A stretch of DNA of 64,000 nt from the human T2T-CHM13v2.0 reference genome, Homo sapiens. Both the position numbers and the translations under genes were made by a program. The stretch lies in NCBI RefSeq assembly GCF_009914755.1, contig NC_060927.1; one strand, given 5' to 3'. Positions 15,306-30,931 of the stretch are shown piece after piece; within the stretch, counting starts at the first letter, position 1; each line of letters opens with the position of its first letter. The notes under the pieces were generated by a model. That model ran no database searches, was not told the DNA's origin, and saw only the letters and a program-made list of their open reading frames with translations.

Positions 15306-16204
15306 ATGAAAACAGTTACTTTTTAGCTACCAAGCATTTTTTCTCCTTTCAGTAACCCACCTAACAACATTTACTCAGAATTTCAAAGCAAGCTTCAAAT
15401 CAGTATTGAAAGAAGGAAAAATATAAAGGCATTTAATGGAAGAAAATGTTGGGAATAAAGTATAGGGCTGGCAACACTTACTTTTCTCACTTATTGAGAG
15501 TAATTTTACTTGGGAATTTATGAGAGAGAAAGACATTATGATTGCTCCAGGTAACTACTGGCAGAGGAACCATAGTCTTGGGGATAGACAAATGTGGCTG
15601 AGTTCATATAGAATGAGGGGATGGGATGTAAATTCTGTCAGCTGTTCCAGCAGTAACCTGTAATGTAGGCTAAAAATACAGATTTTGAGATTTATTTAAT
15701 CAGAATCCCTGGAGTGTTAATTTTTATATCAAGATCTCATAGTGTTTTATTTGAAGTGACAGGGAGGTCTGTAGATAGCTGGACATGTATGGGACTGGAA
15801 GCTTAGGAATCTTTAAGTTCTTCCAGGTTATTCTTATGTTCATTTGTTTATTCTGAAAATAGCATCTAATGTATTTTAAGAAATGGAATAGGCACATAGT
15901 ATACATTGGGTAACACAACAGATAGGGTCCCCGTGCTTAATTCTTAGTCTTGTGAAGGTGACAAAAATACTTAAAAATATGTGATCCTAAATTAGAATGA
16001 GTGTTATGGGAGAAATGACAGCAAATAGTGATGAGAATTAATGGGGAGGGGAATTGTCTAGATGAGAGGGAAAAGGTCTCCTTGAAAAGGGGATGTTAAG
16101 TGGGACTGCAGGATGAGAGGGAACCGTCTCTTGTCTATATGAGAAGTGAGGGTTAAACGTTTTCCAGGTAGAGAAAAGGAACACCATGTGCTATGTCTTA
16201 GAAC

Positions 16205-16425
16205 CAGGGATATCCAGTCTTTTGGCTTCCCTGGGCCACATTGGAAGAAGAATAATTGTCTTGGGCTACACACCAAATACACTAATGATAGCTGATGAGC
16301 TAAAACAAAAAAAAATTGCAAAAGAATCTCATAATGTTTAAGAAAGTTTACGAATTTGTGTTGGGCTACATTCAGAGCTGTCCTAGGCCATGTGGCCCAT
16401 GGGCTGCAGGTTGGACAAGCTTGCC
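16205..16425 (+). mobile_element. MER30 hAT MITE
   Basis: TCTTTTGGCTTCCCTGGGCCACATTGGAAGAAGAA...GATAGCTGATGAGCTAAAA...GGTTGGACAAGCTTG. Confidence 0.85.
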
Positions 16426-16442
16426 TTAGAAGGAAAGAGATT

Positions 16443-16792
<350 letters not shown>

Positions 16793-18149
16793 TTAGTAAT
16801 GAGGTGGATGGCCTGGTATGAGGTTGAGGTTAGGTAAGCAGAGCCATAACATGCAGGACTTTCTAGGTTCCTATAAGATAGTTACTACTCATGGAGTTTA
16901 TTCATGCTTTATTCCAGCTTTGGAGCCATAGATACAGAATACTTTGGTCAGTTTGGAAGGCTAGGTGGGATCCAAATTCTAAACGGTTCCTCAGGGTTAT
17001 ACTAAAGTATTTCTATTATCTTAAAAGGATGCTGAGACACTTTCGATGGTTGTTTATCAATAGCAAAGCATCACAGTGGTGTGTTTAAAATATTAATAAT
17101 AGCATTGTATAGATTAACAGTTTGAATGACCAAAAGCTAGAAGACCAGACTACTGAGATGTTACAGGCTTTTAGGAATGAAATAGTTTGCTTTTAGAACT
17201 CAATAGCAAAGGGCAGATGTCTGAGATGCCTGAAAGAATCATAGAATGTAATAATATAGGAGCTAAGGGAGCAACCAAAAACGGTTTGTGGAGGGGACAA
17301 CATTGGTACCATGAAGATAAATGGAACCCTCAGAAGGCATCCTTAATTTTTGAACATAATAATTTAAGAAGCTGACTTAAAGTGACTTAAAAGGTCAGTA
17401 GGTAGCTGGAAATGTATGATACTAGAATGCAAGAGAGGCAGGCTAGAGATTTGGAAGTTTCCCTCTTAGTATATAGGGGTAAGGGCAGCAGGGAAGGGGA
17501 GGTAGAGGTGCCACAGAGTCATCTGTATGGGACTTTTTTTTTTACCCTAGAACTGCTGAATCAGAATGTGTGTGTTTTAAAGTCTCTGTAGGCCATTCTG
17601 ATGGACATCTGGGGTTAAAATCCATTCTCTTAGAGTTAATAGTTATGTAAAGGGAGGGAATGAAGTCTTAAAGAGGGGAAAGAAGGTAGTCATTTCACAA
17701 ATACTGAGCATCCTGATCATCAGTCTTACGCAGATCATTCTATTAGTAGCTGGAGCTACTATGAAAAAGGAACCCAACAGAGGTGATCTTTGTCTTGTAG
17801 GGAAAGTGGAGTAACTTACACTATGAAGGAGAAGTGCAGGGTACCATAAGAATTACAGCAGATAGACCTCATCTGAGGAAATAAAACAGACCCGAAAGAT
17901 GAAGGAGACAAGGAAAAGTATCTCTTACTGCATTCAGAAGTGATTTAAGTTGAAGATGGATGAGCGAAGTTAATCTACTATGTGGGCATTGGGCTTCCAT
18001 TTATACTCCTTTGCCAGAGTAAATGTCCCCCATTTAAGGGTCCTAAAGGATGGAAGATTGTAAACCTTGGAACACATGTTTTGTAGTCAGTGAATTGTAT
18101 AAAGTCCCTGACAGTAAGTGTTTTCATGCCGTCTTTCTGGATTGTTCTT

Positions 18150-18450
18150 ACCCCAGGAATTTACCTAGCTTCTTTAGGTCTTTAGTCAGATGTCACCTTC
18201 ACAGTGAGGTGACCTAATTATCTATTTAAAATCGCAGCCCCACTCCATTATTTTTCTCCATAGCCCTTTAATATCATCTGACATACTGTATGGTTTTAGT
18301 TTATTGTATATTTTTCTGCCTCTTCCAACTAGATCATAAATTCTGAGGGTAGGAACTTCTGAATATTTTTGTTCACTGGTCTATCTGCAGCTCAGAACAG
18401 GACCTGGTACTGAATAAATATTTTTGAAATGATTGAATGGATGAAAAGAA
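18150..18450 (+). mobile_element. L2 3' end
   Basis: CAGATGTCACCTTC...TGAGGGTAGGAAC...AATAAATATTTTTGAAATGATTGAATGGATGAA. Confidence 0.6.
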
Positions 18451-18706
18451 ATGAGTAATAAGAATATTACCTAAGGGGGACAGTGGAGATAACAAAGGCT
18501 TTTTCGGCTTAGGAAAGGAACAGTAGCTATTTGAGAGTTTGTCACTAGTGAGGTGAACTGGCAAAGTGAAGGAAACTGAGCAACATTCTAGAAAATGAGA
18601 GGAAATCAAATACTTAGGTGAAAGGAAGTAAACTCTGGAAATACAGAAGGACACCTCCTAAGGCTAGAAAAGATATTTAGGATTGATAGGCACTTCTAGC
18701 TAATGA

Positions 18707-18853
<147 letters not shown>

Positions 18854-18925
18854 TAAACTGGTGCCATGGGAATAGAGTCAAGATGAGTATGTGCTTGTAC
18901 TGACCATCTGTTTTTATCTCCATAG

Positions 18926-19354
<429 letters not shown>

Positions 19355-19481
19355 TAAGTAGGAATTGTATTCCTTAGTAAGTAGGAAGTATGGCTGCGAT
19401 AGGGGTAAGATTCTGAAATGTTTGTGTAGTCAGAACTACTTTTAGTTGATACCAATAGATTTAGTGTGGTGGGAATTTTAG

Positions 19482-19712
<231 letters not shown>

Positions 19713-21102
19713 TGATACCTGGCTATCTAAAAGGAATGCATAAATCCAAAGGATCCTGAACTTCTTTCTTTGGTCATTGGTTCCCCCCATCCGTCTTCCT
19801 GAAGAGCTAATGACAAAGTAAATAAATAAATAATTACACATTTCTATGGCTGCAGAGAAAATAAGGCATAGTGTGGCCCCAGTGATATTTCCTTGGACAC
19901 GTCCTTCACATGGTCAGTCTTACAAAGGTTGGGTTAGGTGTTTCATAAAGTGTTCTCATTTAATTTACACAAAGGCCCACTTCCTTAGGAAGAGGTAGAG
20001 TCATAATTTGAGATCAAATCTGTGTAATTTCAGAGCCTCTTACCCTTGCCTCATCATGCATTTTGACTATAAATATTTAGCAGTCCGTTTTATTATCTTT
20101 TCTGTGAGTTAAACTTTTTTCATGGACCTAAGAATATTCAGAAATAAGTAGTAGCATTTCTGTACTCTTAACCACAAAAATCTCAACCTGAAGCTTTGAT
20201 ACAAAGTTTGTGTCTTAAAAGTAGCTTCATTAAAAGTATAGTCTAATGACATTTCTGATTTCTCAGACTTTAAGACCTTATTAGGTTAGTTTAGAAAACA
20301 AAGATGGAGCCTACCAGAACAGATGTTAGGAATCTCATTTTGCTGGTTGCTTTGTGTATGTACTCATATTGGGGCTTTGGCTTTCTTCATTTATTACTGT
20401 TGGTATTGGCCCATCTCCATGAGGTGACTTAATAGAACGTTGAGGGCACCTTTTATTTTAAATCTCTTTTCTAGGAAGAAGAGAGTTTTTGTGTCCTTGT
20501 AAGAATCAAGTTATTTATAAAAGCTGCTAAATGTAGCAGAATAATAACCCCTTTTAAAACTCAAATCCAGAAACAGGAGAAACAGATGGTACTTACATAT
20601 TGCAAAAGCTATCTTCCTTCTATACATGAGGCTGTCAGCTGAATAGTCTTGGAAGAGTGAGGAGTGAATTTTTCTGCTGGCAACTCGGTTAGTTTTAGCA
20701 GTTGGTGCTAAAACTTGGCAAAGTTTTCACCAAATACATGGAAGATATACAAAAATAGAGGGGGCATGTAAAAGAAAAACGTTGACATAGTCTGAGCATT
20801 ACTTTCTCATCTTCTCTTTTTATATACCTTTTACCCAGAATGATTGGTGCCCTTACTGTAGGAAAGTTGTCTTTGGGATTCAGCGCTGTATGGAAGCTCT
20901 GTTGCACTGTGTATGGGGGAGGGGTGCTGCTTTGAATTAGTGCTGCCAGGAGGCCTCTTTTCAGTGACATTCAAGTTAATGGAATCCTTCTTCCTTCCTG
21001 AACTAATTGCAAGTTACGGGGAACTTCGGGTATATAATGTAAATAATTACAGTCTAATAATTGTTCCTCAAACTTTACAGAGGAGAATGCCCTGTTTGTT
21101 AA

Positions 21103-21252
<150 letters not shown>

Positions 21253-21745
21253 TGAAGTGTTCTAGGTTTTATGTCCATAAAATTTCCAGATTGTAATGAC
21301 TAATAACATTTCAGAAAATTAGGGACCATAATAGGGTTACCAACATTTAATTTTATGAAAATTCCCTACATTTTTTGGTCAGTAAGAGAAACATTGAGAC
21401 TTGAGAAGAGGGAGGAGATTTCACATTTCACTTTTATGGGTGCCTAGAGGGGAGAGCTGACCTGGGCTGCCAGAGGCAGGGCATAGACCCCCAACCAATT
21501 CTGGGTTTTCCAAATCTTAGATCAGTTAGAGCTGCCTCTGAAGAAAGGGTTTATAGCTAAAAAATATTATGGAAATCCAGTGCTCCAGAGCATTAAACAC
21601 CCCAAGACATAAAATTCAGAGAATATTATTTACTACAGTGTGAATGCCTCTTGCACTCTGAATTGGGAATGTTTGCACCACAGTGGGGGGCTTGCCATGT
21701 TTTAGCTTTAGATTTAATTAGGTTTTGTTTGTGTTTTCTCCTTAG

Positions 21746-22136
<391 letters not shown>

Positions 22137-22674
22137 TAGTTTCCTAGAGCAGGTATGGCAGCTTGTTCTTTCCTCTCAAAACACTTAGTACACATTCATT
22201 TGCATTGATGTTTCCCTGGCTTGAGTATTTCTTCTTTATGCTGTCTAGCAACTGCTCTGAGGAAGAACTATAATACAAGCTTTAAAGAGTCTGTTCAGAA
22301 TCATTACAAATAAGTTGTGTTATTTAAAATTATAATTCATAAGGGAGAAAGATGAAAAATGTTACCAGATTAAAGAAGATTTTTCAAAAGGATGTAAGGA
22401 AAGAGGCAGTGTTAAACACTGTTAAGAGGACAGTTTATCAGTATTTTTTACTAAACTTTAATAAAACTTTTCTATTTGAATTTCTGCTATGAATTTTTCT
22501 TCAGCATTTGTCCTCAGTACAGGTGGTTCCTTGAAACATTGTTTCTAATAAAACTAGAACATCCTGATATTTTATCCATTCTATAGAGATCATTGATGGT
22601 ACACAGACATACAGTGGATTATGTTTGTTGAGTGAATGGAAAGAGAGATTGTTAGGTTTACAACGATGCAGCTC

Positions 22675-22864
22675 TTGAGACCGGAGTTTAAGATCAGCCT
22701 GGGCAACATAGTGAAACCCCATCTTTAGCTGGGCATGGAGATGGATGCCTATAGTCCTAGCTACTGGGGAGACGGGGGCAGGAGGATTGCTTGAACCCAG
22801 GAGTTAACAGACTGCACTCAGTGACAGAGCCAGACTCCAACACAAAAAAAAAAAAAAAAAAAAA
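22675..22864 (+). mobile_element. Degenerate partial AluJ
   Basis: CAGCCTGGGCAACATAGTGAAACCCC...GGAGGATTGCTTGAACCCAGGAG...poly(A). Confidence 0.8.
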
Positions 22865-23412
22865 GCAAATTACCAGTGAGTAGTGTGTTACTTGGGTTTT
22901 TAATAGGCATCTTATTAACATGTTCCAACTTGAGCCCTTAACTTTCTCCACCTACCCCCTTCCACAAACCTGTTTTCACTGTCTTCTCTGTCTTAGTTAA
23001 TGTCAGCTTTGTCTGTCCAGCTGCTCAGGCTAAAACTTTTCTTTCATATAACACATCCTATCAGCAGCTCCTGTTTGTGGGTAGGCATTTTGCCTTTTTT
23101 TTTTTTTTTTTTTTTAAACTGCTATATCTCTAGCATGTAGAACAGTGCCTGGCAGCACATAATAGGTGCTTAATATAATATTTGTTGAAAGAACAAGTCA
23201 GTGAGTATTTTTAATGTGAGGTGCAAAGAGAAAAAAAAATGTATCTTTGAGGTGTGGAGTTTTGAAGAACTTCCATTTTCTAAGCATTTGTGTAATGTTG
23301 GAGTTACTTGTTCCTTTTGTAATCTGAAAGTATGCTTTAAAAAAAATTAGTGTACTTTTGAGAATTTTCATTTTGCTTTCTATTCTTCCTTGCTTTGTGC
23401 ATGTTTATCTAG

Positions 23413-23473
23413 ACTGCTGATCTTGGACTTGATATTGGTGCCCAGGGAGAACCCCTTGGATATCGCCAGGATG
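23413..23473 (+). CDS. CTNNB1: Beta-catenin exon 14 (61 nt)
   Basis: TADLGLDIGAQGEPLGYRQD; TAG| and |GTATG. Confidence 0.98.
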
Positions 23474-24370
23474 GTATGTGTCTCATATTTCTCGATTAAC
23501 TCCAGATCAAGCTAAAGTTCTAAAACTTTTATCAGAAGAGCCGGTTTGCTCATCTGGGAAACCAGTGTTGGCAGAAAAGTAGTGGCTTCAATTAAAAGCA
23601 GTTCTTAAATTCCAGTCAGCAACAGTATCTTTAATGGAGCACAGGGAATTCAGAGCCACACAATGAGTAGCAGTAGGATTACACCACCAACAAATACATG
23701 CTACTGCTAGGCCTCTGCAGTGCAGGATGTTACAATTTACCTGGCTTTTTATTCTCTTTTTGGCCAGAGGACTCATAATACCTTTGTCTACAAGCTACCC
23801 AAGGAAGATAGGAAAACTCCTGTTTCTAGGCTCAGATCTCGGGTGGGTTTTTACATAGTTGCATTATCATCAGGGTTTTCTTGAAAAGCTAATTTAAATC
23901 TGGGTAATGAACATGGAGGATGGCATAGACCACTAACAATTATAACTGTCTTACATTTATAACCGCATCTGCTTCTACCTAATTATGAAACCACTAAAGC
24001 GCAGATTCTTACTGTGAGAAATAACATGTCAACCCTAAGATAAAATATGTTGAGGTTTCATGGAAATAGTGCCTTTCCTTAGTACTTTTGTGGGTGTCAC
24101 TTGGCCTTTTTGTCAAGATAGATTACACCTGCCAGACCTCATTATTGTCTTAATCCTCCTTCCCATGACTTCTCACTGCCTAGGTGGTCACACAGTAGAT
24201 TCCTGCTTCTTCTCCTCGGGAACCCCAAGTCTCTTGACAGGGGTAAATGCAGAGTGTTCAGGGTTAGACTAATGATGTGACTAGGCCCTGCTGGTGTGCC
24301 TGTCTGATGGAAATAGATGTTATTTGTGTAGTCTCATGGGTGGCCTGGCACTGAGTAATTACTTGGCTAA

Positions 24371-24739
<369 letters not shown>

Positions 24740-25539
24740 ATCATCCTTTAGGTAAGAAGTTTTAAAAAGCCAGTTTGGGTAAAATACTTTTACTCTGCCT
24801 ACAGAACTTCAGAAAGACTTGGTTGGTAGGGTGGGAGTGGTTTAGGCTATTTGTAAATCTGCCACAAAAACAGGTATATACTTTGAAAGGAGATGTCTTG
24901 GAACATTGGAATGTTCTCAGATTTCTGGTTGTTATGTGATCATGTGTGGAAGTTATTAACTTTAATGTTTTTTGCCACAGCTTTTGCAACTTAATACTCA
25001 AATGAGTAACATTTGCTGTTTTAAACATTAATAGCAGCCTTTCTCTCTTTATACAGCTGTATTGTCTGAACTTGCATTGTGATTGGCCTGTAGAGTTGCT
25101 GAGAGGGCTCGAGGGGTGGGCTGGTATCTCAGAAAGTGCCTGACACACTAACCAAGCTGAGTTTCCTATGGGAACAATTGAAGTAAACTTTTTGTTCTGG
25201 TCCTTTTTGGTCGAGGAGTAACAATACAAATGGATTTTGGGAGTGACTCAAGAAGTGAAGAATGCACAAGAATGGATCACAAGATGGAATTTATCAAACC
25301 CTAGCCTTGCTTGTTAAATTTTTTTTTTTTTTTTTTTAAGAATATCTGTAATGGTACTGACTTTGCTTGCTTTGAAGTAGCTCTTTTTTTTTTTTTTTTT
25401 TTTTTTTTGCAGTAACTGTTTTTTAAGTCTCTCGTAGTGTTAAGTTATAGTGAATACTGCTACAGCAATTTCTAATTTTTAAGAATTGAGTAATGGTGTA
25501 GAACACTAATTCATAATCACTCTAATTAATTGTAATCTG

Positions 25540-25545
25540 AATAAA
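25540..25545 (+). terminator. CTNNB1: Proximal polyadenylation signal AATAAA
   Basis: Hexamer followed by GT/T-rich sequence. Confidence 0.7.
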
Positions 25546-25820
25546 GTGTAACAATTGTGTAGCCTTTTTGTATAAAATAGACAAATAGAAAATGGTCCAA
25601 TTAGTTTCCTTTTTAATATGCTTAAAATAAGCAGGTGGATCTATTTCATGTTTTTGATCAAAAACTATTTGGGATATGTATGGGTAGGGTAAATCAGTAA
25701 GAGGTGTTATTTGGAACCTTGTTTTGGACAGTTTACCAGTTGCCTTTTATCCCAAAGTTGTTGTAACCTGCTGTGATACGATGCTTCAAGAGAAAATGCG
25801 GTTATAAAAAATGGTTCAGA

Positions 25821-25826
25821 ATTAAA
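25821..25826 (+). terminator. CTNNB1: Distal polyadenylation signal ATTAAA (a further AATAAA lies at 25874-25879)
   Basis: Hexamer followed by a TGTGTC and T-rich downstream element. Confidence 0.75.
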
Positions 25827-28800
25827 CTTTTAATTCATTCGATTGTGTCACTCTTTCTTTTTTTCTTGTCATTAATAAATGGTTTGTGAGGGTGGTAAGT
25901 AAGTTTATCCAACTCAACTTTATCCTGAACTTTATCCTGAGATAGATAGATACATAGTGAAGTAATTTGTTGTAGCGATAGAGAGGGCCCTACTTCTCTA
26001 GATGCAATTTGCCAAGTTTCTTTAGCATTTGGCCCTGGATTACGCTGGACCCCTAAAAAAGTGTTTCAGCCTTGCACATTGTGATTAGTTCTGGGCTTTG
26101 GTGGGAGAAAGCCAAGCAGACTATCCATCTATCTCTACCCCAATCCCCCTCAGATGATTTGATTCCATTAAAGTAATGAAATAAATAGTAACTACCCCTA
26201 CCTGGATTTGGATTTGAATCACCTTCACCCAAGTGTGACTCATTGGGAGAGGGGAATTCCTTCAACTGGACTTTGAACTAATAATAATTAAATAAATTAA
26301 ATAGGTTTAAGTGTTGATGTTTATCTGAACATAATCAGAACCAGAATGAGCCTTCCACAGTACCTGCCAGATGATCCTATCATCCCGGTGGTAGGTCTGA
26401 CAAGCTTAGTTCATCTCATCTCTTCAGGTAGACCTGTTTGTTAAGACTTGTGTTTTGGTCTTTTAAAAAGTAAAAGAAAGAAGTGTTTTGTCTTTAGGGA
26501 GAGCTCTTTCTGATTTACTGTTTTTATTTTGATGATGATTGATAGTGACTATTAATTATGAGAAAAACATACATTCAGTTCTTTTTCGTTAAAAATCAGC
26601 TTCATCTGGGGAGGCCTTTTTGTGAATGCCCTTGCTTTGCAAAAATGAATTCATTGTGGTCTAAAATGTAATTAGGGTTTGAAAAGAAACATTCACATAG
26701 CTGATGATGTGGTAGGTCTCAGGTTCTGTCTCATGTGTGATAAACCAAACCAGCCAGTATTTCAAGAAGCCTAGGGCTATTGGTAGGTTAACACCGTGAA
26801 GATCTTCAGTGAATTCAGCTTTTAACATAAAGAGCCACCGCACGGTGTTTCAATTACAGAAAGAACAACTTTTTAAAACCAGAGAATGTTTTCAGAGCTT
26901 TGCTAATTCATTGTATTTTATTTTTGAAGTTTAAAAACTTAATGTGAGAGTTAATCCAGTTCAACAAGGTGGCTCTGGAAGTACCAAGGGTGAATAATAG
27001 CCAAGACGCTTAGGAAAAATAGCACTTGCTCTAGCAGCTGTCAAGGCCTAACTACTTAATACAAAGCTAAAGTTAGTTAACCCTGTTACAGGAATAGGGA
27101 TATAAATACAGATTAATACAGAATAATACACAGGCATTTAAAGACTCTTCAGAGACAGCGTTGGAGATCCGAGTGGGAGGAGAGCAACTTTTTCATAAAG
27201 GTGTGAAACAGCCGTTGGAATAAAACAATACAGAAAAACATCCATGACCCAACAAAATATCAAGATTTTAAATAAAGGCAGTAGTACTGATTTTTCTTTT
27301 GCCTCAAGCGCCAGTAAGGCTTGGTAGGGCACAACGCTGACAGTCTACACTGGACGCCCATGTGTCCAACAATCTCTGTTCACACGAGACAGTGCAGTGA
27401 AAAACTACAGCTTCAGTGATGTGGGTGTCAGTATAGTATGCATATATCTATCTCACATAACACTGAACAAAAGCAAGTTACAGATGCATGCTTTAGAACT
27501 CCATTGATCATCAATTAAAAAAAGGGACAAGCTATTTTAAGGAAAATATCCACAGATGGAGCAAGGAGATGATTAGATGACTATAGAAATCAGAATAATG
27601 GTTAACCTGGAGAGGGAGGTGCATGGGATGCTGGCAAGGTACCTAACCTTTCCTGTAAATAGTGGTGAAGAAAGTGAGGTCAAGTTTTCAATAAGAGAAG
27701 TAGTGGTGGGGAGGAAAAGGCCTAAAAGGAATGCTGCCCACTTGCATTTCCGGGTACAGGAGGTGAAAATGACAAAATGAACATGGCCGTTGAGAATAGG
27801 AGGGCTTTCCAGCCTGAGTGTTCTTTTTTCAGTTGTGCTGTAGTTATGAGACAGCCTTGAGAGTTAAGACATTTGATCCCATTGCAGCAACCACCATTGA
27901 ACCAAAGAAGGAAGCTTTTCTATGTTGGAGCAGATCTTACAGACATGAGGCTTTGAAATCTGATGATCTGAATCCTTAATAATGAAAGATCTTAAGATAA
28001 ACACACTCTTTAACTCTTGGTTGCTATAATAAAAAGATGTGAATTGTGCTGTTTTGTTTATAAAGCAAAAATGCTAAGTTGATCTGCAGTTCTATTAAGT
28101 GAGAACCTGCCTTTCCTTGCCTTGAGCAGATCACCCACCAAAGTGAAATTATGAAATGATGGGGCTGCAGGGGCTGTCAGGGCAGTTCTTCCTTTTTCTT
28201 TTATCGCAGCCTCCTATGTGGAATTCTGTATAATATCCATTCCACCACTTGAGACTCCAGTAAACGTAGAAGGAAGTGACAAGTTTCAGAGTTGAGGTTG
28301 TGGGGGAAGGTCAGAACAGGTATAGGGGTATGCAGGAAGGCAAAGGAGAAACCCCATCTCTATGTATTTCCAAAGTAGGTTTTGGCATGAATAGGGAAAG
28401 GTCCGTGTGTCCATAAATGTAATTTCCATGTTAGGTACGACTGAGAGCCACTCTGTGACAAAGCAGTTCTACTCAGAATTATTTGAGGTATACTCACGAG
28501 TATGTACAAGGAATTCATTGCAACACTGTCAAAGATAGCAACCCAAATAGGTGTCAAAAGGGAACCTAACTAGTTAAGCAAATTTTGATGCATCTATTTG
28601 GTGGACCACTCTGCAGTCAAAGGGGGGAAAAAAAACCAGCCCATAAAGCTGTGTTTTGGAATAAAATGGTCTTCAAAATACATAGTAAGAGAAAAAGCAA
28701 GGAGCAGAGTTGACAGCTGCTCACATATGGGTAAAAAGGGGTGGGTGCAGAATCTTTGTGAAGATAGGCATAGACCATCCCTGGATGCACACGAAGACCC

Positions 28801-30784
28801 TAGTGGCAATGGGCACCTTGCAGGAGGAGACAGGGAGAGGACTAACAGCGTGTGAGGGAGGAACTCTGCTGTCTATCTTTTGGGTGTTTTCACCAGGCTT
28901 CATTTGTACCAGGCTTCTGGATTGGATATCACCATTCAAATGTAATTATTTATTAAAACACCTAATGGATGCATTTGTCCACCCGCCTCAACATCAAGCC
29001 TCTGATGGGAGAGGCCAGAGGCTGGATTTTAAGGGCAGATTAAAACTCCTCGTTCTAGGCCCAGCTTCTTGCTCCCACACACCACTTCTCAACCCCACTG
29101 AAGCTTGAGGCCAAGGCTGCCTAGCTTTGCCTAGTCTCGCCCAACCCCACTCCAGACAGCTGTCCCAAGAGGCCAAGCCTCTTGTAGCTTTCTTGCAGCC
29201 TCTTCCCCCGTTCCCTACCACTTGCTACCGTAGCCCCTGTATGTATAAGATTATATTCTACATTGCATTTTTCTGTTGCCAGGGGAAAGAGAAAGGGCAT
29301 CTTGCTTCAGGTGGAGACAGGTGAGACCTGGTGAGGGAGATTCCTCTCCCATCACCTTGTACGAGAGCCTTAGCTACCAGAGCCCCCATTTTCTCAACTA
29401 TAACACAGGGATGATGCCCGCCCTGTGTTCACAGAACCGACCTGAGAACCTCATAGGAGAAACTTGAAAAGATAAACTGCAAAGAACCATAAGATAGTAA
29501 ATTCTGTTGCTGCATTCCACTGACTCACCTACTTAGGTGCCATGAGTGATTGTCAGCACCTTTCAGGACACCTGTGACCAGAGTTACCCCAAATGGTGCT
29601 TCACGGAGGGACAGCTTAATGGGGATGCAGACTCGGCTGTAAGTTAAGGCAAGGTCTTAGAACTTTGGGCTTGCTGTTAGTGGAGGGAGAGGAATAGACC
29701 TGTGTGCAGCCACTCACCTGAGCCGCCTCTGCCCTATTGCTTGTCACCTCCTTTGCCTCTCACCTCTGTGACTTCAGTGACCCATTCATCCCTGAAGAGA
29801 GCCAGTGGATTGTAGCTAATAAGCAGATAGCTGAAGCTTGGGGATGGAGGGAAGGAGAGGGCTAGTAGGTGTGGGCCCTTTGCCACTGCCAGAATCCTAA
29901 GAGCTGAGGGGCCCGGGGGGCCAGCTCTGCTCTCAGAATGGAGCCACTTAGGCATGCCAAATACTAAGGTACAGGCCTGGGGAGGGCAGGGAAGGGTTAC
30001 TGCTGTTAGCTGCCCTCTGCCCAACCAGTCTGCTCATATCCCCTACCTCTGAACTCAAATGGACCTGGGCTGCTGCTTTCCATAGGCACCTTTCCTCCAG
30101 GACACAGCCTCACCAGGGACAAGGCTTGGCATGGACTAGCTTTAGTGGCCCAACATGTTTGGCAGGGCAGTGGCTCTGCTTGGGACCATCATCTCCTTGT
30201 CCTTGCTTACCCAGATAAGCTTTTCCCCAGACAGGCAACACCGGGGCCTAGGGCCAGGACTGGCCCACTGAACAAAATGGCTCTGGAATATTAAGAGTTT
30301 CCTGTTCTCTGTTAAACAGCGAAGACGACTCCTTGCTCAAGTGAGAAGGGGAAATAAGAAGAATCTTCCATTGCTCTGAAATACCCTGAGAGGACTCCAG
30401 ACCCAGAACCCCATGGGCGTTACCCCCACCCAAGAACTAAAGGGAGACGGCAAAGAAAACAGACCTCAGCCTGTTCCTGTATCCAGCAGGCAAAGCCACT
30501 GGAGCTGAGAACCAAGCCTCTGGCTGCTCCATCAAGTACTCCCCACTCAATCCCAGAAGTGCAGGCAAAACCAGCCAGGCCAGGGCCACATGGGCACACA
30601 CAGCTGGAGATGAGCACACCACCCAGGAGGACTTTAAATAGTGAAGCCTCCTCACCGTGGGCACTAAGTAGGCCATGTGAGGTCAAATGAAGCTGCCTGT
30701 TCCTGGGTCACACTCTTAGAGGGCACACTCTCATATCCCAATTAGTCACAGCCCAAGCTTTGTGCACCCCATTAGGGGATGAAC

Positions 30785-30930
30785 ACAGGGTATGGAGTCA
30801 GAGTCCTGGGTTCAGCCAAGCTGTGGGTCCTTGAGCAAGTGGAAACGGCTCCTCTGAGTCTGTTTTCTCATCAATGAAATGAAACTGAGGCGGCTTGCTT
30901 CGCAGGTTGTGGTGGGGATTACATAAGGTA
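30785..30930 (+). mobile_element. MIR
   Basis: GGAGTCAGAGTCCTGGGTTC...CCTTGAGCAAGT...CTCTGAGTCTGTTTTCTCATC...GGTTGTGGTGGGGATTA. Confidence 0.75.
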
Positions 30931-30931
30931 A

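Larger units (their letters stand above)
24740..25845 (+). other. CTNNB1: CTNNB1 3'UTR with alternatively spliced intron (donor 24752; acceptors before 25057 and 25216)
   Basis: TTTAG|GTAAGA donor; TTCTCTCTTTATACAG|CTG and TCCTTTTTGGTCGAG|GAG acceptors; agrees with the recalled three 3'UTR isoforms. Confidence 0.9.

Noticed and set aside
24762-25229. 155-aa minus-strand ORF over the CTNNB1 3'UTR
   Set aside because: Non-ATG start, no recognisable homology, antisense to a UTR
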